A stretch of 64,000 nucleotides of DNA from an uncultured Planctomycetaceae bacterium (GCA_963976765.1 CAXBME010000011.1:62001-126000); one strand, 5' to 3'. Shown: positions 18,668-30,764, counted from the first letter of the stretch. Made by a program: numbers and translations. Notes: generated by a model from the letters alone, not told the origin.

Positions 18668-20083
18668 ATGACACCGTCCGGTTTTTATCAAGAATTTCGG
18701 GGTGGCCGGTTTCACAAAATCGCCAGACTCGCCCTTTCAACATTGGCGGTAGTTGCTGTGTCGATGCCGTTTGTGAGCGCCGTTTCTGCCGAGTCACCCG
18801 CTCGTCCCAACATTGTCATGATTCTAGTGGACGATATGGGCTATGGTGACCTGCCGGCTTATGGAGCGGAAGATGTAAGAACTCCAGTCCTCGACCGCCT
18901 GGCCTCGCAAGGCGTTCGACTGACCAGTTACTACGCCGCCGGTGCGGAATGCACGCCTACCCGGACCGCGCTGATGACGGGTCTGTATCCGCAACGAATT
19001 GGTGGCATGGAGTGTGCTATCGGCACGGGAAACGTTGGGCGTTATGACGACGCGATTCGGCTGCGTGAGACGCACGACCTTGGTCTGCCGGCTGAGCAAT
19101 CGATCCTCGCTTCATCGCTGAAGATGGCAGGGTATCAGACTGCCGTCGTCGGAAAGTGGCACCTGGGGTACGAAACAAAACATCATCCGCTCAAGCAGGG
19201 GTTCGATCAGTTCTTCGGATTTCTCGGTGGTTACGTCGACTACTACAGGCATCGTGAATTCTCGGATCTGGATGTCTTCTTCGACGGGCAGAAGCCGGTT
19301 GAATCAGAAGGCTACATGACGAAGCTGATTGCCGATCGAGTAGTTCATTTTGTCGATCGAGCGTCTGAAAAGATTCCGTTTTTCATGTACGTTGCCTTCA
19401 GCGTCCCGCACTTCCCGTTTCAGCCGCCGGAGAGCGATTCCGGAAAGATGGTTGCTCAGGAAGAACTGACGAAAGGAACACGAAAGAATTACGTCGCCAT
19501 GCTCGAAGACATGGACCGTGAGATCGGTCGAATCCTGGAGTCTCTCGACAAACGCGGGATGGCAGGCAACACACTCGTCGTCTTCGCCAGCGACCACGGA
19601 GCCATCGCTCCTGGCAGCAACGCTCCGTTCCGAGGCTTCAAGAGCGGCCTCTTCGAAGGCGGGATCCGAACAGCCTGTATGATGCGATGGCCAGAGCATC
19701 TTCCGGCAGGCATCGTTTCCGACCAGCCTGCCATCACGATGGACCTGACAACTTCGTTCATCAACGCTGGTCGCGGAAAAACTCCGCACGGCTACAAGTC
19801 AGACGGCCTCGACATCGTCCAGCATCTCTCCACCAATCAACCGATTCCATCTCGCACTCTGGCCTGGCGAGCCAAACGGGACGACAGGGTCTGGCGAGCA
19901 ATCCGTCATGACAACTGGAAACTGGTCACGCGTCTCGAAGGTGGCATCTGCGAAGAGTGGCTGTTCGACCTGAAAAACGATTCCACCGAACAGGCCGATC
20001 AATCAGCAAACCAACCTCAACGAAAAGCTGAACTCGCCAGACTTCTCGTCAGCTGGGAACTGGAAACCAAACCAGCCCGCTAA
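18668..20083 (+). CDS. Sulfatase (Cys-type, formylglycine-dependent)
   Basis: Signal peptide, RPNIVMILVDDMGYGD, CTPTRTALMTG, GKWHLG, SDHG, EGGIR. Start uncertain (18668 or later); the ORF-track extension to 18101 overlaps the TerB-like gene. Confidence 0.92.
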   Translation: MTPSGFYQEFRGGRFHKIARLALSTLAVVAVSMPFVSAVSAESPARPNIVMILVDDMGYGDLPAYGAEDVRTPVLDRLASQGVRLTSYYAAGAECTPTRTALMTGLYPQRIGGMECAIGTGNVGRYDDAIRLRETHDLGLPAEQSILASSLKMAGYQTAVVGKWHLGYETKHHPLKQGFDQFFGFLGGYVDYYRHREFSDLDVFFDGQKPVESEGYMTKLIADRVVHFVDRASEKIPFFMYVAFSVPHFPFQPPESDSGKMVAQEELTKGTRKNYVAMLEDMDREIGRILESLDKRGMAGNTLVVFASDHGAIAPGSNAPFRGFKSGLFEGGIRTACMMRWPEHLPAGIVSDQPAITMDLTTSFINAGRGKTPHGYKSDGLDIVQHLSTNQPIPSRTLAWRAKRDDRVWRAIRHDNWKLVTRLEGGICEEWLFDLKNDSTEQADQSANQPQRKAELARLLVSWELETKPAR

Positions 20084-20341
20084 GTAAGTTCCTGGTAATC
20101 CAGGATCGTCCTCACATCCCGGATCCGCCAGGTTCGGTCTCGCCATTGAAGGGGCGCCACCACCAGCTGGCGTCTAATAAAGGTGGCGGGCACGCTCGGA
20201 CTTGCCTGGCACTTTTGTCGCGGCCCCGCCCGGACCGGATTTCAGTCTGCAATCGCGATCGAAACTTTCGAACGATAACATCCCGGTCACATTTCTGAAT
20301 GTTGTCCTTTCTTCTGTTCTTCTGCCTGCTCAGAGACACTC

Positions 20342-23300
20342 ATGATTCGTACCAGTTTTTTCTCCAGGTTCCATTACCAATCGTTCCTGATTTTCGTTGC
20401 CAGCCAGAAAGTTTCGTCAGCATTTGCGGCGTCCCTCACTGGTGTCATTGCAACATTCTTTTTGCTGAGCCCGGTGAGCGCCGCGACAAAGCCCAACGTC
20501 ATCCTGATCATGACTGATGACCAGGGCTACGGAGATATGTCGTGCCACGGAAATCCGACTCTCAAGACACCGAACATCGACCAGCTTCATGCAGAGTCTG
20601 TCCGATTCACCGATTTTCACGTCTCGCCATTCTGCACACCGACTCGTGCCGCCTTGATGACTGGTCGATATCCGGCGAGGACCGGAGCGTATCGCACGTC
20701 CTCTGGAAGAACGTCGCTGCACGATCGCGAGAAAACTCTCGGCGACCTCTTCACCATCAACGGTTATGCAACCGGGCTCTTTGGGAAATGGCACCTCGGC
20801 GATAACGCTCCGTCACGGCCCATGGACAAAGGATTTGAACGGTCAATCTGGCATCGCTGCGGAGGTCTGACTCAGATTTCCGACTTCTGGACGAACGACT
20901 ATTTCGACGACACGTACCTCAACGGCGACCGCTGGAAGAAGTTCGACGGCTACTGCACCGACGTCTGGTTTGACGAGGCCATGTCTTTCATGACGACGGT
21001 GGCTGCCGATGCCGGGGGCAGCAAACCTTTCTTCGTTTACCTGCCGACGAACGCCCCGCATGGCCCGTACCTGGTCGCTCAGCAGTGGAAGCAGCCATTC
21101 CTCGACATGGGCATGAGCGACCGTCTGGCCAGTTTCAAAGGAATGGTGGCCAACTTCGACTGGAACCTGGGACGACTGCTTGAATTCCTCGAAACGGAAA
21201 GCATGGCCGACGACACCATCCTGATTTTCATGACGGATAACGGGACCGCTGGAGGCGAATTTTCTGCAAACAGAAACCCGAGACAAAGCGGACGCATCTA
21301 CGGCTGGCCGAAAGATCCCACCGAGAACGGCAACATGCGAGGCGGCAAAAGCTCGGCTTACGACGGCGGGCATCGCGTTCCGTTCTTCATTCGCTGGTCC
21401 GGCGGCAAACTCGGAGAACCGCGAGACATCGACACACTCGCCGCCCACCTCGATGTCACACCGACTCTGATCGAACTTTGCGAACTCGATCGCCCGAAAG
21501 AATGGCCGGCTCTCGATGGTCAATCGCTGGTACCGCTGATTCAGAATGCAAAGGTGGCCTGGCCGGAGCGAACGCTGCACAGTCAGATGCACGGCGGCAA
21601 TGGTTACACCAAACCTGGCGACCCGTGGGAAATTGGAACGGCCCTGACCGAACGCTGGCGGCTCGTCGAGGGAAAAGAACTTTACGATATCGTCGCTGAC
21701 CCGGCTCAACGCAACGACATTTTCACCCAGCATCCCGACGTCGTTGAGCAGTTGACTCGTCAGCACCTGGAATGGTTCAAGTCCGTTTCGACAGGCATGG
21801 AGCCAACCCGAATCGCCATCGGTTCGGAAGTCGAAAATCCAACACACCTCACCAGCCAGGACTGGGTAACACCTCGCGGTAATCCACCGTGGAGTCACGG
21901 TCACGTCGTCAGGCGATCGCTCAGCAACGGTCCCTGGCTGCTCAATGTAAAGAAAGCCGGCAAGTACCGCATCTCGCTCGCGCGATGGCCTCACTATCTG
22001 GAAAAGAGCATCGAATCAAAACAGGCGAAAATCGACATCGGCGATCAGTCTGTCACGATGGCGATCGACGATCCTGAGAAGACGTCAAACGCCGATTTTG
22101 TCGTCACCCTGCCCATCGGCCCGACAGAACTGATCACAACGCTGACCACGCTTCAGGGAAAAACTCACGGAGCGTACTTCGCCACGATCGAGTCCATCGA
22201 TTCTGTCGCCGATCGACAGGCTCGCCTGCTCTGGACTCAGTACTGCCTGGCGAACAAAACGGTGAAGCTGTCAGCTCACACCGATGCAGATCCAACCAGA
22301 CCAACAACTTCATCGGCGACGTTGTCTCTCAAAGTCGGCGACGACTGGAAGGAAACCGTAACGGTCAAAATCGACCCATTGACAGCAATGGCCGAGTTCC
22401 GGCTTGAGAACTGGGACACGACGAAAGCTACCGACTACCAGGTCACCTGTGGCGATAGCGAGCTGACCGGAACCATCCGCGCCGAACCCGGCCGCGACGC
22501 CATCGTCAAGTTAATGGCGGTGGCCTGTGTGAACGATAAATGGTTTCCGTACAGCAAAGCCGTCAGTCAGATGGTCGAGCAGAATCCGGACCTGATCTTC
22601 TTCGCCGGCGACCAGATTTACGAAAGCAACGCGGGCGGCGGCATCATCGAAGCGCACACTCCTGCAGACGTCCCGGCAGCGATGGACAACTATCTGGCCA
22701 AGTGGCGAATGTTCGGCCTCACTTTCAAAGAACTCTTGAAAGACCGTCCATCCGTCATGATCACGGACGATCATGACATTTATGCCAACGACCTGTGGGG
22801 CAACGGCGGACGACGCATGACCGGCGACCGAACGACCGGCGGATATCCCATGCATCCGTTGTGGGTGAACGCCGTCGAACGAACTCAGACCTGGCACATC
22901 CCCGATCCTGCCAGCATTGGGCCATGGGGCGACGGCATCAACGCTTACTACACCTCGTTCGACTACGGCGGAGTCAGCTTCGCCATTCTGGAAGATCGGA
23001 AGTTCAAGTCGCCACCTTCCGAGGTCATTTCGGAACCGATCCGCGACCCACGAAACGGCAAACCCAACCGCACGCCGGAAGTCATCATGGATCCCGCCTT
23101 CGACGTGAGGACAATCGATCGGCCGGATCTTCAACTGCTTGGTCAGGACCAGGAGAAGTTCGTTGCCGCATGGGCAATTCGCGTGGCGAAAGAAAAACGA
23201 CTCGCCGCCGTGCTATCGCAATCGCCGCTCGTCAACATCGGCAACTACGACGTGACTTACGGAGACATGGACGCGAATGGCTGGCCACAGACCGCTCGTA

Positions 23301-23698
23301 ATCGAGCTCTGCGCGCGATCGCTCCGTCGCAGGCGGTCATGATCAGCGGCGACATTCATTTCGGGACGCTCCACCAGCACGGTATCGAGAACTGGGGCGA
23401 CGGACCGTGGGGCTTCTCGCTTCCCGCGTTCTCTTCCAAACAGAATCGGAGCTGGGGACCGAGTGTTCCCGCACAAGGCCGAGAAATCCCTGGCGTCGCC
23501 GGCTCAGGAAATCATCACGATCGCTTCGGCAACAAGATGACCGTCGCCGGGGCGGCTCACGGTGTGAACGGTTACGGAGTGCTTCTGTTCGACAAGGTCA
23601 ATCGAACGATCACGATGGAACTGCACACGATGGATCAGAATCGAGACCCCAGCCGCGAATCCGTTCCCGGATGGCCACGGACGATTCAGATCAAATAG
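20342..23698 (+). CDS. Arylsulfatase fused to a PhoD-like metallophosphatase domain
   Basis: N-half: KPNVILIMTDDQGYGD, CTPTRAALMTG, GKWHLG, DGGHRVP. C-half: FFAGDQIYE, TDDHDIY, EDRKFKS, MDANGWPQ, ISGDIH. Confidence 0.88.
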   Translation: MIRTSFFSRFHYQSFLIFVASQKVSSAFAASLTGVIATFFLLSPVSAATKPNVILIMTDDQGYGDMSCHGNPTLKTPNIDQLHAESVRFTDFHVSPFCTPTRAALMTGRYPARTGAYRTSSGRTSLHDREKTLGDLFTINGYATGLFGKWHLGDNAPSRPMDKGFERSIWHRCGGLTQISDFWTNDYFDDTYLNGDRWKKFDGYCTDVWFDEAMSFMTTVAADAGGSKPFFVYLPTNAPHGPYLVAQQWKQPFLDMGMSDRLASFKGMVANFDWNLGRLLEFLETESMADDTILIFMTDNGTAGGEFSANRNPRQSGRIYGWPKDPTENGNMRGGKSSAYDGGHRVPFFIRWSGGKLGEPRDIDTLAAHLDVTPTLIELCELDRPKEWPALDGQSLVPLIQNAKVAWPERTLHSQMHGGNGYTKPGDPWEIGTALTERWRLVEGKELYDIVADPAQRNDIFTQHPDVVEQLTRQHLEWFKSVSTGMEPTRIAIGSEVENPTHLTSQDWVTPRGNPPWSHGHVVRRSLSNGPWLLNVKKAGKYRISLARWPHYLEKSIESKQAKIDIGDQSVTMAIDDPEKTSNADFVVTLPIGPTELITTLTTLQGKTHGAYFATIESIDSVADRQARLLWTQYCLANKTVKLSAHTDADPTRPTTSSATLSLKVGDDWKETVTVKIDPLTAMAEFRLENWDTTKATDYQVTCGDSELTGTIRAEPGRDAIVKLMAVACVNDKWFPYSKAVSQMVEQNPDLIFFAGDQIYESNAGGGIIEAHTPADVPAAMDNYLAKWRMFGLTFKELLKDRPSVMITDDHDIYANDLWGNGGRRMTGDRTTGGYPMHPLWVNAVERTQTWHIPDPASIGPWGDGINAYYTSFDYGGVSFAILEDRKFKSPPSEVISEPIRDPRNGKPNRTPEVIMDPAFDVRTIDRPDLQLLGQDQEKFVAAWAIRVAKEKRLAAVLSQSPLVNIGNYDVTYGDMDANGWPQTARNRALRAIAPSQAVMISGDIHFGTLHQHGIENWGDGPWGFSLPAFSSKQNRSWGPSVPAQGREIPGVAGSGNHHDRFGNKMTVAGAAHGVNGYGVLLFDKVNRTITMELHTMDQNRDPSRESVPGWPRTIQIK

Positions 23699-23851
23699 GC
23701 ACGGGCATTCGTTAACGACCATCGCACCGGTCGCCGCCCATGCACGGCTTGCACACAGATCTGACTGTGGCCAGGATTCAAACTCAATTCATCTTCGGAC
23801 CGCCCCTCGGTCTCATCATCGTTTCATCGCCCCGGTAAAGGATTTCCCCTC

Positions 23852-24400
23852 ATGTCTGATCGTATCGTCCTCCGAACTGGCGAATCTCTTGTCGCTGGTG
23901 GGCCCCCCTTCACTGCCGCCGAGCCGGAAGTCGTCATCGGCGAACTCGACGGGCCAGTCGGCACTGCTCTGGCCACACTGACCGGCGATCAATCGATGGG
24001 CCATTCGAAAGTTTTCGCGATTCTGAATACTGACATTCAGGTGCGGCCCGTCACGCTGTGCGTCAGCAAGGTAACCGTCAAGAACAGCCGCTACACGAAC
24101 ATTCTGATGGGGACGGTTCAGGCCGCCATCGCCAACGGAGTTCTCGACGCCGTCCGCGCTGGCGACATCCCCAAAGAAAAGGCCAACGACCTGGGCATTA
24201 TCTGTAGCGTGTGGCTGAACCCCGGAGTCGCCACTGACGACAACCTCGACCACAAAGCTCTGTTTGACATTCACCGCAAGGCTATGGCTCAGGCGATTCA
24301 CAAGGCGATGAACAACGAACCTTCCATCGACTGGCTGCTTGAGAACCAGGAAAAGATCACCCACAAGTACTACCAGATGGGCCTCGACGGAAAGATTTAG
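23852..24400 (+). CDS. fae: Formaldehyde-activating enzyme homologue (divergent, Fae2-like)
   Basis: GESLV, SKVTV, GTVQAAIANGVLDAVRAGDIP, AIHKAMNNEPS align with the Fae fold; AAGGA upstream. Confidence 0.88.
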   Translation: MSDRIVLRTGESLVAGGPPFTAAEPEVVIGELDGPVGTALATLTGDQSMGHSKVFAILNTDIQVRPVTLCVSKVTVKNSRYTNILMGTVQAAIANGVLDAVRAGDIPKEKANDLGIICSVWLNPGVATDDNLDHKALFDIHRKAMAQAIHKAMNNEPSIDWLLENQEKITHKYYQMGLDGKI

Positions 24401-24433
24401 GCCCGCACCCAAGCGACAAGGCAAGAACTTCAC

Positions 24434-25009
24434 ATGCTGCATCTTCATTCTTCGTCGTCAGAACGCTGGCTCACACAGGTTGACAACAACCTGAAGGACA
24501 TTCTGATCGACCATGCGCACTGCGAACAAAAGGCCGCCGCGACGGCGATGAACCTGATGTTCGACTACGTCGAGAACGAAGACCTGTGTCGCGAGATGAC
24601 GGCCATCGTCACGGAAGAGCTGGAACACTTCCACCTGGTCATCGACCTGATCAAGAGCCGCGGCATCCGCTTTTACAGAATGAAGCCGGGCACGTACGGT
24701 CGCAAACTGAAAGAACTCGCCCGCCGTCAGGAGCCACACAAAGCGGTCGATCATCTATTGATTGCGGCGTTGATCGAAGCTCGCAGCTGCGAACGGTTCG
24801 TGCTGCTGCGAGACCATCTGCAGGACGTGCAGCTCCGCGACTTCTACGGCAGCCTCTACGAATCAGAAGCCCGCCACCACGCGACCTACGTTCGCCTCGC
24901 CAAACACTACGCTCCGGAAGAAGAAGTCAACGCGAGACTGGACGAACTCGCCGCCGCCGAAGCCGCCATCATCGAAGCTGGTTGCGAACTTCCGCGAGTT
25001 CACAGCTGA
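24434..25009 (+). CDS. miaE: tRNA-(ms2io6A37) hydroxylase MiaE (di-iron)
   Basis: LIDHAHCEQKAA, EELEHF, LIEARSCERF, SEARH. Confidence 0.93.
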   Translation: MLHLHSSSSERWLTQVDNNLKDILIDHAHCEQKAAATAMNLMFDYVENEDLCREMTAIVTEELEHFHLVIDLIKSRGIRFYRMKPGTYGRKLKELARRQEPHKAVDHLLIAALIEARSCERFVLLRDHLQDVQLRDFYGSLYESEARHHATYVRLAKHYAPEEEVNARLDELAAAEAAIIEAGCELPRVHS

Positions 25010-25209
25010 CAACCTTCCGCGAGTTCGCAGAGCGACCAGTTCTCACCCGCAGGTTGCCCACGATTTGTCTCTGGTGTCGCGCTGAAATAAACTTCCGACC
25101 TCAATCAGACGCAATTTCAGCCAGATTCCATCTGCAGACATGACCAGCGGAAGCAAACCCCGCACAGTTCCAGCCGACTGAAAAATCGCAACTTAAAGTA
25201 TCAGCCTCG

Positions 25210-26832
25210 TTAATGATAAAGCTCTGCCAGATAACCTCGCACTGAGTCTGACCAGAGGAATCGTTTTCCGAATGCCGCGTTCCGAATTCTGTCGAAGTCA
25301 GATTTGGAATTGCGTTTCAGTTCGATTGCCCGGCGGGTTGTTTCGACAAAACCGTCTCCAAGTTCTTCCGGCGAATGGCCGGAAAATGCAAAGCCTGTTT
25401 CGCCGTCATGGACCGTATCCTTCAGGCCACCAATTGCATGCACGACGCATGGTTGCCCGTCACGCATAGCGAGCATTTGAGAAATACCGCAGGGCTCAAA
25501 GGCGCTTGGCATGAGAAACAGATCACCAGCCTGATAAAGCAGTTCCGCTCCATGATGGCTGTAGCCGTTCAGGAAAATGAAATTAGCATGTGTCCGCGCG
25601 AGGCCGTGCAGGAACTCTTCATACCCCCGGTCGCCGTTCCCGGCGAGCAGATAAACAACATCGTTGCCAGCTTCTGACAGAATTCGATCCAGCGGCGAAG
25701 CGTACTCCGGAGTTCGCATCAGCCGGACCTTCTGGTCAACCACGCGAGTCACGCTTGTCATCACAACTTCCGGTCGTGGGCGGTCACTTTCCAGCCAGCC
25801 ATTAAGACGCTGCAAAGACAGCCAGTTGGGAAAAGTCTGCGATCGCTGGTACCAGCCTGCAACTTCTTTGCTCAATCCGCTGAGCAGGTTCTTCCACGAC
25901 GCTTCGTCGCGTGCTGGCAACGGAAGCGGCGCGTCTGGATATTCGCAGCCGTTCAGAATACCTACCAGACGTCCCTGGTCACGAGCATTCTGAAGATCGC
26001 CTTCCAGACCTTCACCTCCGAAGAAGACACATCGAGAATCGTTTCGCTGCGGACGGCTTGGCTCGCAAACCTCAGGGACATAACCGGGTGAAACGACGTG
26101 AACCTTGTCTGCCAGTCGGACTCCGACAGCCATCGGGTTCATGCAGTCGTGATATTCCGGATCCTGAACGGTCGACAGGTTGACATCCAGATTCGGGAAC
26201 CACGACTTCAACGACGAGGCATAACCATCCAGCGGGCGGATTCCCTGCAAGGCCAGATTGTGAATCGTGAAGACGGTCCGTTTGCTGCGCAGGTCGCTGA
26301 GCGACGGATCGAACTCGCGAAGCATCAGGTAGAAGCCAGCATGCCAGTCGTGCAGATGGACTATGTCAATTTCTCCGAAGCTCCCCTGCAACACGCCCTG
26401 CGCGACAGCAGCGTTGAAGCAGGCAAACTTCGATGCATCACTCGCAAACGGATGCTCGGCTCCATCGTCGACGTAGATCAACTTTCGACCTGACGCATAA
26501 TCGATCGTTTCAAACAGCGAGTGGTGGAGTACCAGTTGACGGACTCCCGCTCCGGGCCGTTTGCCTTCCACTTCGAACAGATCCGCCGTCAGTCGCTGGC
26601 CACCAAAGGTGAACTCAATCTGACCGAGGCTGGCCTTCGCATTTTCGTGCAGGAAACCATACGAAGGGCAGATAACTGAGACCTCGCCCTCAAACTCGGG
26701 CAAATCCGCCAACGCATAGGGAACATCGCGAACGACGTCGCCAACTCCGCCGACTTTCCCCCCTGCCAGAGCGTCGTTCTCGGCAGCCACCATCAGAATG
26801 TTCAGCGAATCAGCCACAAGATGTCCGATCAA
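25210..26832 (-). CDS. glgA: Glycogen synthase (GT5)
   Basis: KVGGVGDV (KxGG motif), HLHDWH, FTIHNLALQG, GILNG, RVVDQK, LMPSAFEPCGISQM, GGLKDTV. Start is TTG 26832 or GTG 26817. Confidence 0.9.
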   Translation of the reverse strand: MIGHLVADSLNILMVAAENDALAGGKVGGVGDVVRDVPYALADLPEFEGEVSVICPSYGFLHENAKASLGQIEFTFGGQRLTADLFEVEGKRPGAGVRQLVLHHSLFETIDYASGRKLIYVDDGAEHPFASDASKFACFNAAVAQGVLQGSFGEIDIVHLHDWHAGFYLMLREFDPSLSDLRSKRTVFTIHNLALQGIRPLDGYASSLKSWFPNLDVNLSTVQDPEYHDCMNPMAVGVRLADKVHVVSPGYVPEVCEPSRPQRNDSRCVFFGGEGLEGDLQNARDQGRLVGILNGCEYPDAPLPLPARDEASWKNLLSGLSKEVAGWYQRSQTFPNWLSLQRLNGWLESDRPRPEVVMTSVTRVVDQKVRLMRTPEYASPLDRILSEAGNDVVYLLAGNGDRGYEEFLHGLARTHANFIFLNGYSHHGAELLYQAGDLFLMPSAFEPCGISQMLAMRDGQPCVVHAIGGLKDTVHDGETGFAFSGHSPEELGDGFVETTRRAIELKRNSKSDFDRIRNAAFGKRFLWSDSVRGYLAELYH

Positions 26833-26864
26833 AAAGTTGCACGACCAGGCTCAGCTCAAAGCAA

Positions 26865-26891
26865 CAGCCCGATCGCAGACCGACCGGGCTG
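26865..26891 (-). terminator. Probable terminator hairpin between acs and glgA
   Basis: Minus strand CAGCCCGGTCG-GTCTG-CGATCGGGCTG followed by TTGCTTT. Confidence 0.45.
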
Positions 26892-26973
26892 AAGATGTCT
26901 CCAGGTTCGACTTCTCAGGTTGCTCAGGTTACACGCAACCTGTGCCATCCGGGAAAAGCTCTCATTTATTCTG

Positions 26974-28920
26974 TTAGTCGTCAGACTCTCGCAGCTTCGC
27001 CATCACGCTGAGATCTTCCAGCGTCGTCTGGTCGCCAACGGACTCCCGACCAGCAGCAATGTCTCTCAGGAGGCGTCGCATGATCTTACCACTGCGAGTT
27101 TTCGGTAATGCGTTGGTAAAGCGGATGACGTCCGGAGTCGCAATTGCGCCAATCTGTTTTCGCACGTGCGCGATCAATTCTTTCTTCAGCTCTTCGTCGC
27201 CTGACGACGCCTTCAACGTCACGAAGCAACAGATTCCTTCGCCTTTGAGGTCGTGCGGAAATCCGACGACGGCGGCTTCGGCAACTGCGGTATGAGCAAC
27301 CAGGGCTGATTCGACTTCCATAGTGCTGAGGCGATGGCCGGAGACATTCAGCACATCGTCGACGCGGCCCATCACCCAGTAGTAACCGTCTTCGTCGCGA
27401 CGTGCTCCGTCACCCGCGAAGTAGCGGCCTTCGATCTTACTGAAATAGACATCAACAAATCTCTGATGATCGCCATACAGCGTTCTCAGCATGTGCGGCC
27501 ACGGCTGAGTCATCACCAGCAGACCTCCCTGATTGTCGCCGAGGCTCTCGCCGGTTTCGCTCTGGATATCGGGGACGACGCCTGGCAAGGGCTTTGTGCA
27601 GCTTCCGGGTTTCGTCGCGGTCACACCAGGCAGCGGACTGAGCATGATGCCGCCGGTTTCCGTCTGCCACCACGTGTCGACAATCGGGCACTGCTCGCCG
27701 CCGATAACCCGGTGATACCACATCCACGCTTCAGGATTAATAGGCTCGCCGACCGTTCCCAGCAGACGGAGACTCGACAGGTCGTACTTGTTCGGCCACT
27801 CGTCGCCCCATTTAATGAACGCTCGAATCGCCGTCGGAGCGGTGTAGAAAATGTTGACCTTGTACTTTTCGACCATCGACCAGAACCGGCCTTCATCCGG
27901 CCAGTTCGGACCGCCTTCGTACATGACAGTCGTCGCCCCGTTCGACAGAGGCCCATAAACGATGTAGCTATGGCCGGTGACCCAGCCAATGTCAGCGGTA
28001 CACCAATACGTATCTTCGTCTTTCAGATCGAAGACCCACCGCGACGTCATCGTCGTGCCGAGCAGGTATCCGGCCGTTGTGTGAAGAACGCCTTTCGGCT
28101 TACCGGTCGAGCCTGACGTGTAAAGAATGAAGAGTGGGTGTTCTGAATCGAGTTCCTCGGCTTCGCATTCAGCCGAAGCATCTTCCATCAGGTCATGCCA
28201 CCAGTAGTCACGATCCGGAACCATTGTGACGTCACCGCCGGTCCTGTTGACCACGACGACTTTCTCGACCGACGGCGATCTTTCCAGACTCTCGTCCACG
28301 GCGACCTTCAGCGGCACTTCTTTACCGCGACGCCAGCCTCCGTCAGCCGTGACAACCAGCTTTGCCTGAGCATCGTTATTTCGATCAGCAACCGCGTCGG
28401 CGCTGAAGCCGCCAAAGATGATCGAATGCGTCGCGCCGATTCTCGCACAAGCCAGCATCGCGATGGCCAGCTCGGGGATCATCGGCATGTAAAGCGTGAC
28501 TCGGTCGCCGGTCCCGACGCCGAGCTTCTTCATACAATTGGCGAATTTGCAGACTTCGCGATGCAGATCCTGGTAAGTGAGCACTCGCTGATCGCCAGGC
28601 TCGCCCTCCCAGATAATCGCGGCCTTGTTCTTTCGCCACGTTGTCAGGTGACGGTCGACGCAGTTGTAGCAGGCGTTGGTTTTTCCACCGACGAACCACT
28701 TCGTGTCAGGCATGTCGCCTTCGAGTGTTTTGTCGAAGTCCTGAAACCAGTCGAGATTTTCGCGAGCCAGGTCGCCCCAGAACCCTGCCGGATCGTCCTT
28801 CGCTCGGTTCCACATTTCCTGATACTGCTCTTCCGAGCTGATATGAGCCGCGGCGGCGAACTCGGGCGAGGGTGGGAACTTACGATCTTCCTGAAGGACG
28901 CTCTCGATGGCTTCACTCAT
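26974..28920 (-). CDS. acs: Acetyl-CoA synthetase
   Basis: [60 protein letters not shown] upstream. Confidence 0.97.
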   Translation of the reverse strand: MSEAIESVLQEDRKFPPSPEFAAAAHISSEEQYQEMWNRAKDDPAGFWGDLARENLDWFQDFDKTLEGDMPDTKWFVGGKTNACYNCVDRHLTTWRKNKAAIIWEGEPGDQRVLTYQDLHREVCKFANCMKKLGVGTGDRVTLYMPMIPELAIAMLACARIGATHSIIFGGFSADAVADRNNDAQAKLVVTADGGWRRGKEVPLKVAVDESLERSPSVEKVVVVNRTGGDVTMVPDRDYWWHDLMEDASAECEAEELDSEHPLFILYTSGSTGKPKGVLHTTAGYLLGTTMTSRWVFDLKDEDTYWCTADIGWVTGHSYIVYGPLSNGATTVMYEGGPNWPDEGRFWSMVEKYKVNIFYTAPTAIRAFIKWGDEWPNKYDLSSLRLLGTVGEPINPEAWMWYHRVIGGEQCPIVDTWWQTETGGIMLSPLPGVTATKPGSCTKPLPGVVPDIQSETGESLGDNQGGLLVMTQPWPHMLRTLYGDHQRFVDVYFSKIEGRYFAGDGARRDEDGYYWVMGRVDDVLNVSGHRLSTMEVESALVAHTAVAEAAVVGFPHDLKGEGICCFVTLKASSGDEELKKELIAHVRKQIGAIATPDVIRFTNALPKTRSGKIMRRLLRDIAAGRESVGDQTTLEDLSVMAKLRESDD

Positions 28921-29170
28921 GATGCAACTCCTGACGTTCGCCGGATAATTTGACGGGCATCTGACTCACTTTGCCAGACGGCACTGTCTTCACGTTTCGG
29001 TCATAGCAGAGGCCGCGATGGTAGGCCCGACCAGTCGCAATTTCAACGAGCACCGACTCACCAGCCGGCCATCCCCACGAATCGCTGGTCCCCCTGCTTG
29101 CCGGGCTGTTAATTGTCCCCTATCGTCCCGTTTTTCCCGACGAATTACGGGACATTCTGAGCCGAAGCTC

Positions 29171-29345
29171 TACAATCCCAACCGGCTCGCAGGCTGACCT
29201 GCGACACCAGTGAAGCCGGTTTCGCTGATCCACCCCTGGAAGGTCAGCAACTCCCGAAACTTCTGGCTGAGACGTTTCCTGGTGGAAACAATTCTGCCTG
29301 AAACTGACCTCGACCCGACCTACGTTATCTCACGGCCAGTTCACT
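29171..29345 (+). promoter_or_regulatory. Candidate -10 box and structured 5' leader of ahcY
   Basis: TACAAT at 29171, then nested stems AACCGGCT/AGCCGGTT, CGCAGG/CCTGCG, GCTGA/TCAGC, CTGGC-TGAGA/TCTCA-GCCAG and GTTTCC/GGAAAC. Confidence 0.45.
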
Positions 29346-29379
29346 CACGGACGAAACAGACCTCTTAAAGGAAACGACC

Positions 29380-30732
<1,353 letters not shown>

Positions 30733-30764
30733 GGGCGTGTCCCGCCAACAGGTTGTGGTTTCAT

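Noticed and set aside
29180..29340. Canonical SAH or SAM-I riboswitch call
   Set aside because: The conserved cores could not be found by eye, so it is reported only as an unclassified structured leader.
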